64,000 bases of DNA from a virus (IMGVR_UViG_3300001528_000621:64001-128000); one strand, 5' to 3'; positions 17,856 through 26,988 are shown, numbered from the stretch's first letter. Notes: a model not told the origin generated them from the letters alone. Made by a program: numbers and translations.

Positions 17856-17943
17856 GGAAGTTAATTTACAGCGGCCTGTAAGCTGGTCTTGAAAACCAGT
17901 CGTACGTAAGCATTCGTATGGGGATCGACACCTCTGACTTCCA
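17856..17943 (+). tRNA. tRNA-Ser(TGA)
   Basis: CTGGT-CTTGAAA-ACCAG; long V-arm; T-loop ATCGACA. Confidence 0.85.
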
Positions 17944-17945
17944 CT

Positions 17946-18863
17946 ATGAATTTCTTTTTAGAGCATTTACAAGCTTCTCACTTATATGGACTTGATCCTT
18001 GGGATCAAAAAGAGAAGTGCCAGGTTCTTCAAGAGAGACACGGATATGTTTCTAACTTAGATCCAATTCTAGATAAGATTTGGAGAGATATTCTTGATTC
18101 TAACCAAAAGGAAGGTTCTCTTTCTTTAGACTCTTATGGACTTTCTTTTATTTCTTCAGGCACTATATGGTATAATATAGACTCTCAGTTAGTTCGGATG
18201 CGAGGTTCTAGCCCCGATCAATTTGTGGTTCGGGACGGAAAAGCTTGTAATATTAAAATTGAGGTAGAGGTTGGAGGCTCTTTTCTTTACGTTAGAGAGC
18301 GAAACTTTAAAGTAGCACTATTTCACGAACTTTTGCACACATATGAAATTGTTCGAAGGGTTATTGGTAAGAAAGAACCAGACTATACAAAGCAAAGAAT
18401 GTACTATAGAGATGTAATGGAGTACATCAACAATCCTAAAAAGTACTTCCAGGAAATAGGACGGTTTTTGTACTACGACAATGCATCGGAAAGAAATGCT
18501 TACGTAGGAGAACTTCGAGCAGAGTTAAAGTTTTACGCAGACGAACTGGGTAATTCCATCACAGCTTTACATAGAATAAAAGAAACAGAGGTTTTTAGAA
18601 GATATTGGGGAATAGAAACATACATTTCAAAACTAAAAGAGGAGATAGGAAGAAATAACGAAAAGGGTTTGCAGTATTTGGAGCTTTGGAATGCTCTCGT
18701 ACCAGAAAGGTATCAGCACGGGACTGCAAAAGCCTTATTGCAGGATTTAGAAAAAAGGTGGTACAAGTTTAGAAAAAAATTTTATACAGTTGCCGGAAAG
18801 GTTTGTTTTGATCTTTACAATGAAACAAAAGAAATAAGAAAAGGCTTACCTGTAGAATTATGA
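17946..18863 (+). CDS. HExxH (zincin-like) protein, intact paralog of 16177
   Basis: ERHGYV, LFHELLHTYE, SERNAYVGEL. Confidence 0.7.
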   Translation: MNFFLEHLQASHLYGLDPWDQKEKCQVLQERHGYVSNLDPILDKIWRDILDSNQKEGSLSLDSYGLSFISSGTIWYNIDSQLVRMRGSSPDQFVVRDGKACNIKIEVEVGGSFLYVRERNFKVALFHELLHTYEIVRRVIGKKEPDYTKQRMYYRDVMEYINNPKKYFQEIGRFLYYDNASERNAYVGELRAELKFYADELGNSITALHRIKETEVFRRYWGIETYISKLKEEIGRNNEKGLQYLELWNALVPERYQHGTAKALLQDLEKRWYKFRKKFYTVAGKVCFDLYNETKEIRKGLPVEL

Positions 18864-18871
18864 GTAATATA

Positions 18872-19048
18872 GGGTCTGTGGAGGTAGCTAACTCCCAGAA
18901 TCGAAAGCACGAACAGCCTCTACTGTATATAGCATGCTTAAAGGTTCGGTTGGATCGTTAGCCAATTCTCTGCTGCTCTCCAGAGAGTCGTTTATCAAGA
19001 GAGCTTTTGGCCAGCCTCGAAGAACATACTTCGGGGCTTTATTTTTTT
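18872..19048 (+). ncRNA. structured ncRNA ending in an intrinsic terminator
   Basis: GTGGAGG/CCTCTAC, GCTAAC/GTTAGC, GCTCTC/GAGAGC; terminator AGCCTCGAAG/CTTCGGGGCT plus T-run. Confidence 0.45.
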
Positions 19049-19100
19049 CTTTAAATATTCAGATAATTTATATATCTTTAGTTTAAGGTTTAAGAAGAGA

Positions 19101-19784
19101 ATGAGAGTGAATAGAAACATACTCATTGTAGTAGCTCATCCTGATGACGAATTACTACTAGCAGGAGGACTGATAAGCAAACAGCAATCAGAGAAGTCTT
19201 GTCAAATTTCTGTCTGTACGTTAGCTAGTAATGCTGGAGCTCGTAGTACTGGTTCGGGTCCAGAAAAGATAGCTAAAAAGCAGAAAGAGGTTTTTAACAT
19301 ACTCAATCTTAAAGCTTACAATTACGGAGGACAAGATTCAAACTTGACTATTGAAAACCATTTAAAGATGGTACAATTTATAGAGTCTGTCATCGTACAG
19401 GAATATCCAAGTCTGATCATAACTCACAGTCCTTACGATACTCATAAGGATCATCAGATAGTGTCGCAGCTTGTCTCTGAAGCGTTCAGATATTTTCAAA
19501 GACCTTCAGGGCTATTGTCAGGAATAAAGGAGCTTTGGTGGGGGGAAGTGCCGTCGTCTACAGACTGGTCTGTATCGGCTCAATTTTGTCCAAATGTATG
19601 GATACCGTTAGAGGCTCAAGATCTCTATAGGAAGATAGAAGGTCTTGCAACGTATGACAAGGTCTTAAGGCCTTCGCCACATCCGAGATCTAGAAAAAAC
19701 TTAGAAGCATTAGCAACGTTTAGAGGAGGCCAGTGTGGAAGTACGTACGCTGAAGCATTCCAGCAAGTTTTCAGAATAGTGTAG
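19101..19784 (+). CDS. PIG-L/LmbE family deacetylase
   Basis: VAHPDDE, ITH...DTHKDH, AEAF. Confidence 0.9.
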   Translation: MRVNRNILIVVAHPDDELLLAGGLISKQQSEKSCQISVCTLASNAGARSTGSGPEKIAKKQKEVFNILNLKAYNYGGQDSNLTIENHLKMVQFIESVIVQEYPSLIITHSPYDTHKDHQIVSQLVSEAFRYFQRPSGLLSGIKELWWGEVPSSTDWSVSAQFCPNVWIPLEAQDLYRKIEGLATYDKVLRPSPHPRSRKNLEALATFRGGQCGSTYAEAFQQVFRIV

Positions 19785-19787
19785 AGT

Positions 19788-20252
19788 ATGGAATTTTATA
19801 AGTTTGACGGAACTAAAGTAGATCTTGTAGAGTACGTAAACTCTCATCTTGAAAAGTATCCAGAAGATTCTATAGAGATCTTGGTTGGGACAGATTCTCA
19901 GATAAGAGGAAAAGAGACAGTGTTTTGCACTATTGTAGCAATGTACGATCTTGGACACGGAGCTCATTGTATATACAGGAGATGGAAAACACCTAGATTT
20001 CGGAAAGAGGAGATAGACAGACGATTGATGAAGGAAGTAGAAGCTTCAATAGATGTAGCTCAACTAATTAAGTTCAATTGCTGGGAAGATCCAAAATACA
20101 TCGATCTGGACATAAATCCAGGAGAAGAAGCTGGATCTAATATCGTCTATCAAGCTGCTTGCGGGTACGTTAAAGGTATGGGATATCAGTGTAGGTTTAA
20201 AACTCTTGGACCTCTTTGTACTACTTTAGCAGACTATGTTGTAAAACATTAA
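19788..20252 (+). CDS. RNase H-like YkuK (DUF458) family protein
   Basis: VGTDSQ, RL..EV..S, DLDIN, ADY. Confidence 0.8.
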   Translation: MEFYKFDGTKVDLVEYVNSHLEKYPEDSIEILVGTDSQIRGKETVFCTIVAMYDLGHGAHCIYRRWKTPRFRKEEIDRRLMKEVEASIDVAQLIKFNCWEDPKYIDLDINPGEEAGSNIVYQAACGYVKGMGYQCRFKTLGPLCTTLADYVVKH

Positions 20253-20302
20253 AGAGCATCAAAAAATCTTTTTATATTTAGCTTGTTAAGTTATTAAAAC
20301 TA

Positions 20303-20569
20303 ATGAATATCAAAGGAATGAGAGGCATCTCATTGGTACGTGAATGTAGGTACTCCGAGCCCAATAGAAAGGAGACTATCATGGTAAAATATCAGTTCAG
20401 AGCTAAGTGTAATGCAGCAATACCGCTTAGTCATAAGAATTTTCAGGACCAGTATCTGTCAGAAAGCTATGAAGCACCAAAGCTGCCGCCAGTTGTAAAA
20501 AAGCATAAGAACGGAAAAGGACAGCAGAAACCTTCAAAACTTCAGAAGCACAAAAACTCTTACGCATAA
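20303..20569 (+). CDS. small basic hypothetical protein
   Basis: promoter motif upstream; Lys-rich tail. Confidence 0.55.
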   Translation: MNIKGMRGISLVRECRYSEPNRKETIMVKYQFRAKCNAAIPLSHKNFQDQYLSESYEAPKLPPVVKKHKNGKGQQKPSKLQKHKNSYA

Positions 20570-20627
20570 AAGAAACGTATCAAGAAAGGTCCGGCTACAG
20601 TAGTCGGATCTTTCTATTTAATTCGGT

Positions 20628-21605
20628 ATGAATTGGGAAGAAAAATTTAATAGGTTTAAGAACAGTACTACAGCTGAATTGTATGAAGAGAAGTACGGTT
20701 CGGTTGTAGGCCCGTATCTCTATGAACTTGGAGAAAAAGATAAAGTTCATAGAAAGCAATCCTGGTTCGTAGAGCAGCGGTACAACAGGATTCAAGAGTT
20801 CTATGATTTTGATCCAGACGGCGTACCGGTTGAAATTCAAGAACAGTTTCTTAAGAACAATAGACTTAGCTTGGATGCTATCATTGATGAAAATTTACAA
20901 ACACATGATGCTGAAAAGCTACGAAAAGCTCTCGAAAAAAGGTTTGGACCTCAACCAAAATTTAAAAACGAACAAGGATACATAACTTGGATACCTACAG
21001 GAGGAACAGAAAAAGAGAAAGGTATTCAAATGTACGAAAGAACGAAAGAAGCTTTTGAACACTGGAAAGAAGGTACATTAGGAAGCTTTGAGGTTTTAGA
21101 GATAGCTCAATTTTATGGGTACTTTATAACGAGAGTATCTTGGGGCGAAATTGTTTTCGAAGCCAACAAACCGGAAGATGTAACGAAATACGTAGAAAAT
21201 ATATGCGGGGGATTTGCATATCATGTTGTTCCTGAGTTTTTTGCAGCAGATATCCAGAAGAACGGTCTTCGAGTAAAAAACGGAAATACTTGGAATCTTG
21301 ATTGGGATAAAAACGGTACACTGTATCGAGATACTTCATACAGAAACACGACAAAAGATCAGTACCGGTATTTTCCTAAAAGAGTTTACATGCATGCAAC
21401 TCCTTCAACCGGAGAAAAACTAGAAAGAGAACTAAGGTCAGTAGCTGCAATGGCAACGGGTATGTCCTATGAAGATGTAGCTGTCTTTAAAGCCTACGTC
21501 AAAGGATTGACTTTCTATAAAGATCCGGCAATGGTCGGTGAAGATGACTGTGCAGTGTTCACGTATCACTCAATACCTTCTCAAAACCTTAAAAGAGTGC
21601 ACTGA
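20628..21605 (+). CDS. putative ART/Tpt1-fold protein, paralog 2
   Basis: AYH.V....IQKNGLR...FPKRVY...FYKDP...FTYHSIP. Confidence 0.55.
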   Translation: MNWEEKFNRFKNSTTAELYEEKYGSVVGPYLYELGEKDKVHRKQSWFVEQRYNRIQEFYDFDPDGVPVEIQEQFLKNNRLSLDAIIDENLQTHDAEKLRKALEKRFGPQPKFKNEQGYITWIPTGGTEKEKGIQMYERTKEAFEHWKEGTLGSFEVLEIAQFYGYFITRVSWGEIVFEANKPEDVTKYVENICGGFAYHVVPEFFAADIQKNGLRVKNGNTWNLDWDKNGTLYRDTSYRNTTKDQYRYFPKRVYMHATPSTGEKLERELRSVAAMATGMSYEDVAVFKAYVKGLTFYKDPAMVGEDDCAVFTYHSIPSQNLKRVH

Positions 21606-21607
21606 CC

Positions 21608-22592
21608 GTGAATTGGGAAGAAAGATTTAAAGAATTTAAGAATGAAAAATCGAAAGATTTACTCTATGAAGAAAAATATGGACCGGTTGTAGGACCTTGG
21701 CTTCTTGAATTTAAAGAGAAGGATAAGTTTCATCTTCAAGCTTTTCGTAGAGCTAAAGAACGCTACGAAGGACTTCAGGAGTTCTTTAGAGCTTTTACAG
21801 ACGATGTACCTCAAACCATTCAAGAGGATTTTATAAAAGGTCTAAATTTCAACAAAAATTACATTCTTGAAAATCTTCAATCTCACGACTGGAAGAAAAT
21901 GTGGAGTCAAATTCAAACCTATTTCGGGAAGGAAATTGTAGGCCGAATGGAATCTTTAGGCGGAGAAGGAGGACTAAAATGTGTACAATGGTATCCTAAA
22001 ATTACACAAAAAGAACTAATTAGAGCTTTTTGGAGAGATATCAAAGACGAAAACTCTAAAGACGGAAAAGCTCTTCGGACAATTCTTAGGTTTTACGGAT
22101 ATTTTATTTCTCAAATAGAACAGTATAGCTACATTCTTTTAGAGCCAGAGTGGCCCGATAGTGCTTCTGATTTTGTTTTTAGGGAATGTAAAGAAGGGAC
22201 TATATACTGTATTATTCCTAGATGTAACGTAGATTTAATCTTAGAACGAGGATTTAAGTGTTCTAACGGAAATAAAATAGAGTGGAAAGAAGATTTCAAA
22301 AACAGGACTGGAAGATATCCAACCAAAGAGGAAACAAACAGTAATTTTATACCGTACAGGTTTTTTTCCAAAAAGGATCTACTTTTGTGCTTTTCCTTTT
22401 ACTGAAGTTGAATCAGAGTTAAGGAATATGACGAGAGAGCTTGAAAGGGACTGGACAGAAGTATCTATACTCAGAGCAGATTTGTCTGGCAGAAACATTA
22501 GCGTTTATCGAGATCCGGGTATGTTATCTAAAAATGCTTTCTTTACTTATGAGAATATTCCTAGACAACTAATTACTCTAATAAAAAGATAG
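21608..22592 (+). pseudogene. ART/Tpt1-fold paralog 3, frameshifted at a T7 run (22361-22367)
   Basis: removing one T gives YRFFPKRIYF...VYRDPGM...FTYENIP, colinear with 20628. Confidence 0.75.
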
Positions 22593-22645
22593 TTTTTATT
22601 TTTCATAAATTCTATTTATATTTAGCTTAGAAGATAAGAAGAAAT

Positions 22646-22717
22646 GCCTCGGTCGTTCAATGGACAGGACAGCAGTCTTCTAAACTGCTTACCGGAGTTC
22701 GAGTCTCCGCTGAGGTA
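22646..22717 (+). tRNA. tRNA-Arg(TCT)
   Basis: GCAGT-CTTCTAA-ACTGC. Confidence 0.95.
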
Positions 22718-22733
22718 CAAACTAAAAAAAGAC

Positions 22734-23105
22734 ATGAAAGATCAACTTTGAGAAAAGAAATTTGCTGAGTTTAAGAACGAAGGTACAGAAGCTAGTGACA
22801 TTCGTACGTACATTGAAGAGCATAAAGAGGAAATAATCAATGCTTTTGAGTACGATGATTCCGGAACAGACGTCTATCCTAGAGACTGCGTAGAAACTTT
22901 TACTCTCAATAAGAACATTACTGGTTGTGATCTTCGATTTACTCTAGAGTGTGTATCGGATCGAGACGGAGGCAATGAAGAGGAAGATGTTTTGGAATTC
23001 GAGATTAATGGACGAGATTGTCGAAACCCTAAACTCTATAGTGAAGAGGATAAGCTTGAAAGCTTGTTAGCGGACCTAGCATCTGAGCGACGATTTATTG
23101 AATAA
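22734..23105 (+). pseudogene. 123-codon acidic ORF with an in-frame TGA at codon 6
   Basis: MKDQL*EKKFAEFKN matches the W-E-x-[KR]-F-x-x-FKN N-termini of 20628 and 21608. Confidence 0.6.
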
Positions 23106-23209
23106 AGTAAGCTTTGAGTCTGTTCGAAAGGTAAAGAAATTCGACAGTCGTAGTTGAGAAGGCTTTACGATTCTCTCTACACGGTAGGTTAGCTTCACCT
23201 ACCAAATAC

Positions 23210-23280
23210 GTTCTTGTCGTCCAATGGAAGGACACATCTCTCCTAAAGATGAAATCTAGGTTCGAGTCCTAGCTAGAATA
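23210..23280 (+). tRNA. tRNA-Arg(CCT)
   Basis: CATCT-CTCCTAA-AGATG. Confidence 0.9.
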
Positions 23281-23287
23281 CAAAATT

Positions 23288-23372
23288 GCCTTGGTGATGG
23301 AAAGGTAGACATGGGGGACTTAAAATCCCTTGGGCAGCAATGCCCGTGTGGGTTCGAATCCCATCTGAGGCA
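23288..23372 (+). tRNA. tRNA-Leu(TAA)
   Basis: GGGGA-CTTAAAA-TCCCT; long V-arm. Confidence 0.95.
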
Positions 23373-23380
23373 CCGCGATA

Positions 23381-23570
23381 GGGTCGCAAACTTCGCCACA
23401 ATCTATGGTTGGGCATTGCAGACACTCGGATGAGCTCTTAGTACTGCAGCAAATCTCATCAAGATGTCTTACTTAGGTCTATAGAAACCGCGGAGTGAAA
23501 ACCTAAGAGTTGAGGAGCTCCTCATAGTAGAATAGCTTGTGCCTCCTTAAGGTAGTACGGTTTGCGATCC
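23381..23570 (+). ncRNA. ~190-nt structured ncRNA, possibly pseudoknotted
   Basis: 11-bp terminal helix GGGTCGCAAAC/GTTTGCGATCC; CTTAGGT/ACCTAAG; TGCAG/CTGCA crossing GATGAG/CTCATC. Confidence 0.6.
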
Positions 23571-23575
23571 GATAC

Positions 23576-23651
23576 AGGGGCGTATCCGCTCACTCTTATA
23601 CAGTGTTGAAACGGTAACGGTAACATAAGGGTTCAAATCCCTTCGCCCCTA
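23576..23651 (+). tRNA. non-canonical tRNA-Ile(TAT), same architecture as 15122
   Basis: AGGGGCG/CGCCCCT, A73, CACT-CTTATAC-AGTG, AAGGG-TTCAAAT-CCCTT. Confidence 0.75.
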
Positions 23652-23655
23652 CTAA

Positions 23656-24264
23656 ATGAACAAACTTTTATTCGATTTTGGACATGGAGAAGAAACTCCT
23701 GGAAAGCGTTCACCGGACGGACAGTTACGGGAATACGCGTATGTTCGAGAAATTGGAAACAGAGTTGCAGAATATTTTAGAACATATACAAATGTTCCTG
23801 TCAGCATAATAACTCCAGAAACATCAGACGTTTCTTTAAAAGAGCGAGTAGCTAGAGCTAATAGAACAGTAGATGCTGATCCTTCACAAAAGTGCTTATT
23901 TGTTTCTTTTCATGTAAATGCAGCTCCAGGAGAGGGATGGCAAAAAGCTAGGGGTTGGGAAGTGTACGTAGCTCGAACATCTTCTCAAGCAAGTAAAGAT
24001 TTAGCTAACACTTTGTATCAAGCTGCTAACGATTTAGGTTGTAAAACAAGACGACCCAAACCATCTCAGAATTACTGGTGCCAAAATTTTTACGTTCTTA
24101 AAAATACAAAATGTCCAGCGGTTTTGACAGAAAATTTCTTTCAGAACAATAAAGAGGATATGAAGTTTCTTCTTTCTGAAACAGGAAAAGAGACAGTCGT
24201 GAATATCCATATTTTAGGGTTATCTAGATACTTAAACATACCTTGCGCTGTAAAATTAGCGTAA
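23656..24264 (+). CDS. N-acetylmuramoyl-L-alanine amidase (Amidase_3), probable endolysin
   Basis: DFGHG, E, SFHVNA, PAVLTE. Confidence 0.9.
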   Translation: MNKLLFDFGHGEETPGKRSPDGQLREYAYVREIGNRVAEYFRTYTNVPVSIITPETSDVSLKERVARANRTVDADPSQKCLFVSFHVNAAPGEGWQKARGWEVYVARTSSQASKDLANTLYQAANDLGCKTRRPKPSQNYWCQNFYVLKNTKCPAVLTENFFQNNKEDMKFLLSETGKETVVNIHILGLSRYLNIPCAVKLA

Positions 24265-24371
24265 ACGAAATCCTGTAGAAAATAATCTGCAGGATTTTCT
24301 ATGTTTATTCAAGGAAGATTGCTATCTTTAGCTTGTTATTAAAAGAGTACAGTAAAACACAGAGAGTATAT

Positions 24372-24752
24372 ATGTCAACAGCAAAAAAAGAGTATTTGTT
24401 TAAGGATTTTGCAGATTTTGTAGAACACATGACAGGAAGTCTGGATTCAGAAGTGTTAGCAGCTGAATTCTCTCGTTTTAGTAAAGTACAGCGTGCAAAC
24501 TGGAACAGCCTAGAGTACATATGTGCAAGCATTTATCCTGCAAACATGTTTGACCGTACAGTTCAACTTCTTGCTTTGAGACTCGACGGTAAAGTCTATT
24601 ATCCGATTGTAGGGTGGAACCCAGATGCCAAACCGTCTTCACCTGCAGCAGATGGACAGAAAATATCTACAATGCGTAGGTGGCTTAACAGGCAGCCAAA
24701 ACGAGTTCTTCATTCTTCTCGTGAGAATAGAGATTACGTTCTTTACGGTTAA
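24372..24752 (+). CDS. hypothetical protein
   Basis: promoter motif upstream. Confidence 0.65.
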   Translation: MSTAKKEYLFKDFADFVEHMTGSLDSEVLAAEFSRFSKVQRANWNSLEYICASIYPANMFDRTVQLLALRLDGKVYYPIVGWNPDAKPSSPAADGQKISTMRRWLNRQPKRVLHSSRENRDYVLYG

Positions 24753-24771
24753 AAAGTAAAAGAAAAAAATT

Positions 24772-25575
24772 ATGAAATATTGCATTATTGGAGATCCTCA
24801 CGGGCGTACAAATTGGCAGCAGATTGATTTGTCCAGGTATGACCATCTCATAGTTATGGGAGATTATTTTGATCCATACTCTAATGTAGGGCATGAAGAT
24901 CTTTGGAATAATTTTGAAAAGATTGTAAACCTTAAACTAAACAATCCGGACAAGGTAACACTTCTTTTCGGTAACCACGATCATCACTATACAAAGTGGT
25001 GTACAGCTGTGGGTTCTAGATTAGATCCTGTTTTTAATGCTACGTATGGGATTGGCGGTACAGTTCAGGGTCTTATTGAAAATGGAACACTTCAACTAGC
25101 GTATGCTGTACCAAAAACAGACATTGTTTGTATACATGCTGGAATTTCTCAAGCTTGGTACAACATATATCTTCTTAAAAGATCTTATGAACAGTTTCTA
25201 ACAGAACCAGTCGTATCAGTTGAACCTGACGGAGTTGAAGATCTTGCTAAAAAGATGATTGAGTATGGAAAAGGACAAACACAGTCTCTAGGGTTTAATA
25301 CCGATACACGGGACTACTACGGGTACGATCCTCAACAAGGACCTCTCTGGTGGAGATGCCTAAATGACTACATTTACGGAGATTATGGTCTTCAGGAAAA
25401 AGATATGCTGCAGGGAATAACTCAAGTTATGGGACACACTCAAGTTAAGAATCTGGTAAAGATTAAAGGAAAGAATGTAACAGGAGTGTTTGTAGACGGC
25501 CTTGGATCTAATTGGTATACAGAGCTTGAGGTATCAGAAACCGGATATGAATTTAAGCAAGTAAAACTGAAATGA
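24772..25575 (+). CDS. metallophosphoesterase
   Basis: GDPHG, GDYFD, GNHD, HAG, GHT. Confidence 0.9.
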   Translation: MKYCIIGDPHGRTNWQQIDLSRYDHLIVMGDYFDPYSNVGHEDLWNNFEKIVNLKLNNPDKVTLLFGNHDHHYTKWCTAVGSRLDPVFNATYGIGGTVQGLIENGTLQLAYAVPKTDIVCIHAGISQAWYNIYLLKRSYEQFLTEPVVSVEPDGVEDLAKKMIEYGKGQTQSLGFNTDTRDYYGYDPQQGPLWWRCLNDYIYGDYGLQEKDMLQGITQVMGHTQVKNLVKIKGKNVTGVFVDGLGSNWYTELEVSETGYEFKQVKLK

Positions 25576-26228
25576 CAGAAATTAGTAATGTAAGGGTGTA
25601 CGATCTCTACGAAAGTATTATAGCTTGTAGGAATGCAATGAGGTTGGAACCTTCCAGCTTTGGTAAACTAACGGATATTGTAGAGGAGAAAGCAGAGCAG
25701 CAAGAAGATTGGGACAAATCTCTAGAAAGAGCAAAGAAGCTTGCACAAGCTCCAAACAACAGTGGTCATGCTAACTTTTTAACAGGTATAAGAGTGTCAT
25801 TTGATATCAAGTATCCAAACTATCTCTCACCAGAAATGCAAAGATATCATTTCTTTGACATCGTAACCTCTTCTAGCAAAATGCACACCCTAATTAAAGT
25901 AGCAGGAGATGCAAATAGATACAACAAATACGTTACAAGAGAGTCTATAGAGCAGATGAAGAAGTTACAGCTTTCGTACATAATGGCTTCTGAAACTGGG
26001 AGTAAAGAAGATGCTTATTTTGCATTTATGCAGCTTGTTTCAAACTGCCCTCAGGGTATAGAACTCTTTATGAGAGTTAGTACAAACTATATGCAACTTC
26101 GGACGATCTACCAGCAGAGAAAGCATCACAAGTTAGCAGAAGATTGGGGAGCAATTTGTGATATGATTCGGGATCTTCCATATGCAAAAGATTTTATAAC
26201 TTTAGAATCATCACCAAATGAGAACTAG
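25572..26228 (+). CDS. ThyX-like (flavin-dependent thymidylate synthase-related) phage protein
   Basis: E.QRYH, SSSKMH, NY.QLRTIY.QR..H.L..W. Confidence 0.55.
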   Translation: MTEISNVRVYDLYESIIACRNAMRLEPSSFGKLTDIVEEKAEQQEDWDKSLERAKKLAQAPNNSGHANFLTGIRVSFDIKYPNYLSPEMQRYHFFDIVTSSSKMHTLIKVAGDANRYNKYVTRESIEQMKKLQLSYIMASETGSKEDAYFAFMQLVSNCPQGIELFMRVSTNYMQLRTIYQQRKHHKLAEDWGAICDMIRDLPYAKDFITLESSPNEN

Positions 26229-26982
26229 ACCACTTACAGTTATACCTTTTAGTGATCTTCACGGATATCTTTTTGATACAAAAACACTACCAGAATGCGA
26301 TGTAGCTTGCTGTTGTGGAGATTTTGTACCACTTGAATATCAAAATGATGACGTTAGAAGTATCGCTTGGTTCTGTTTGGAATTCATACCTTGGGTAGAT
26401 AAGTTGCCTTGCAAACATTTCATCCTAGTAGCAGGCAATCATGACTTTTTTATGGAGCATATCATGCTTGGTCCTATTCGGGAAGACGGATCTCGAAAGT
26501 GTAGGACAGCATCAGAGGTTTTGAAAAAGCTGCTTCCTGGAGATAACAAAGGAAAGCATTCTAAACTTATCTATCTCAGGGACAATTCAACTACAATTGA
26601 AGGTATAACTTTCTACGGAACACCTTGGACGACCGGACTACCGGGTTGGGCTTTTAGTTGTACTGAAGAAGAGCTTGAAGGTCATTTAGAGCAAATGCCA
26701 AGAAAGGTAGATGTTCTTTTGACACATATGCCACCTACTTTAGGAAACGTAGGGACAGTTTGTCAGCAAAGGTGTTTTAATACTGGAATAGATTACAGTA
26801 GTGAAGCTCTTGCTAAAGCAATGATGTCTAGAGAAATTTCATACGCTTTTTGTGGACATGTTCATACAGGAAATCATTCGGGCTACGAATACAAGGAAGG
26901 GAGTTCTGTATGCAATGTTTCTGTCAAAGATGAAAACTATAGGGTAGTAACGCAGTACTTTCGAAAGTACGAAATTCTTTAA
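26218..26982 (+). CDS. metallophosphoesterase
   Basis: SDLHG, CGD, AGNHD, THMPP, GHVH. Confidence 0.9.
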   Translation: MRTRPLTVIPFSDLHGYLFDTKTLPECDVACCCGDFVPLEYQNDDVRSIAWFCLEFIPWVDKLPCKHFILVAGNHDFFMEHIMLGPIREDGSRKCRTASEVLKKLLPGDNKGKHSKLIYLRDNSTTIEGITFYGTPWTTGLPGWAFSCTEEELEGHLEQMPRKVDVLLTHMPPTLGNVGTVCQQRCFNTGIDYSSEALAKAMMSREISYAFCGHVHTGNHSGYEYKEGSSVCNVSVKDENYRVVTQYFRKYEIL

Positions 26983-26988
26983 AGCTAT

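Noticed and set aside
23381-23570. tmRNA or RNase P RNA
   Set aside because: No tRNA-Ala-like ends or T-arm, no convincing tag ORF, and no GAGGAAAGTCC/P4 signature.
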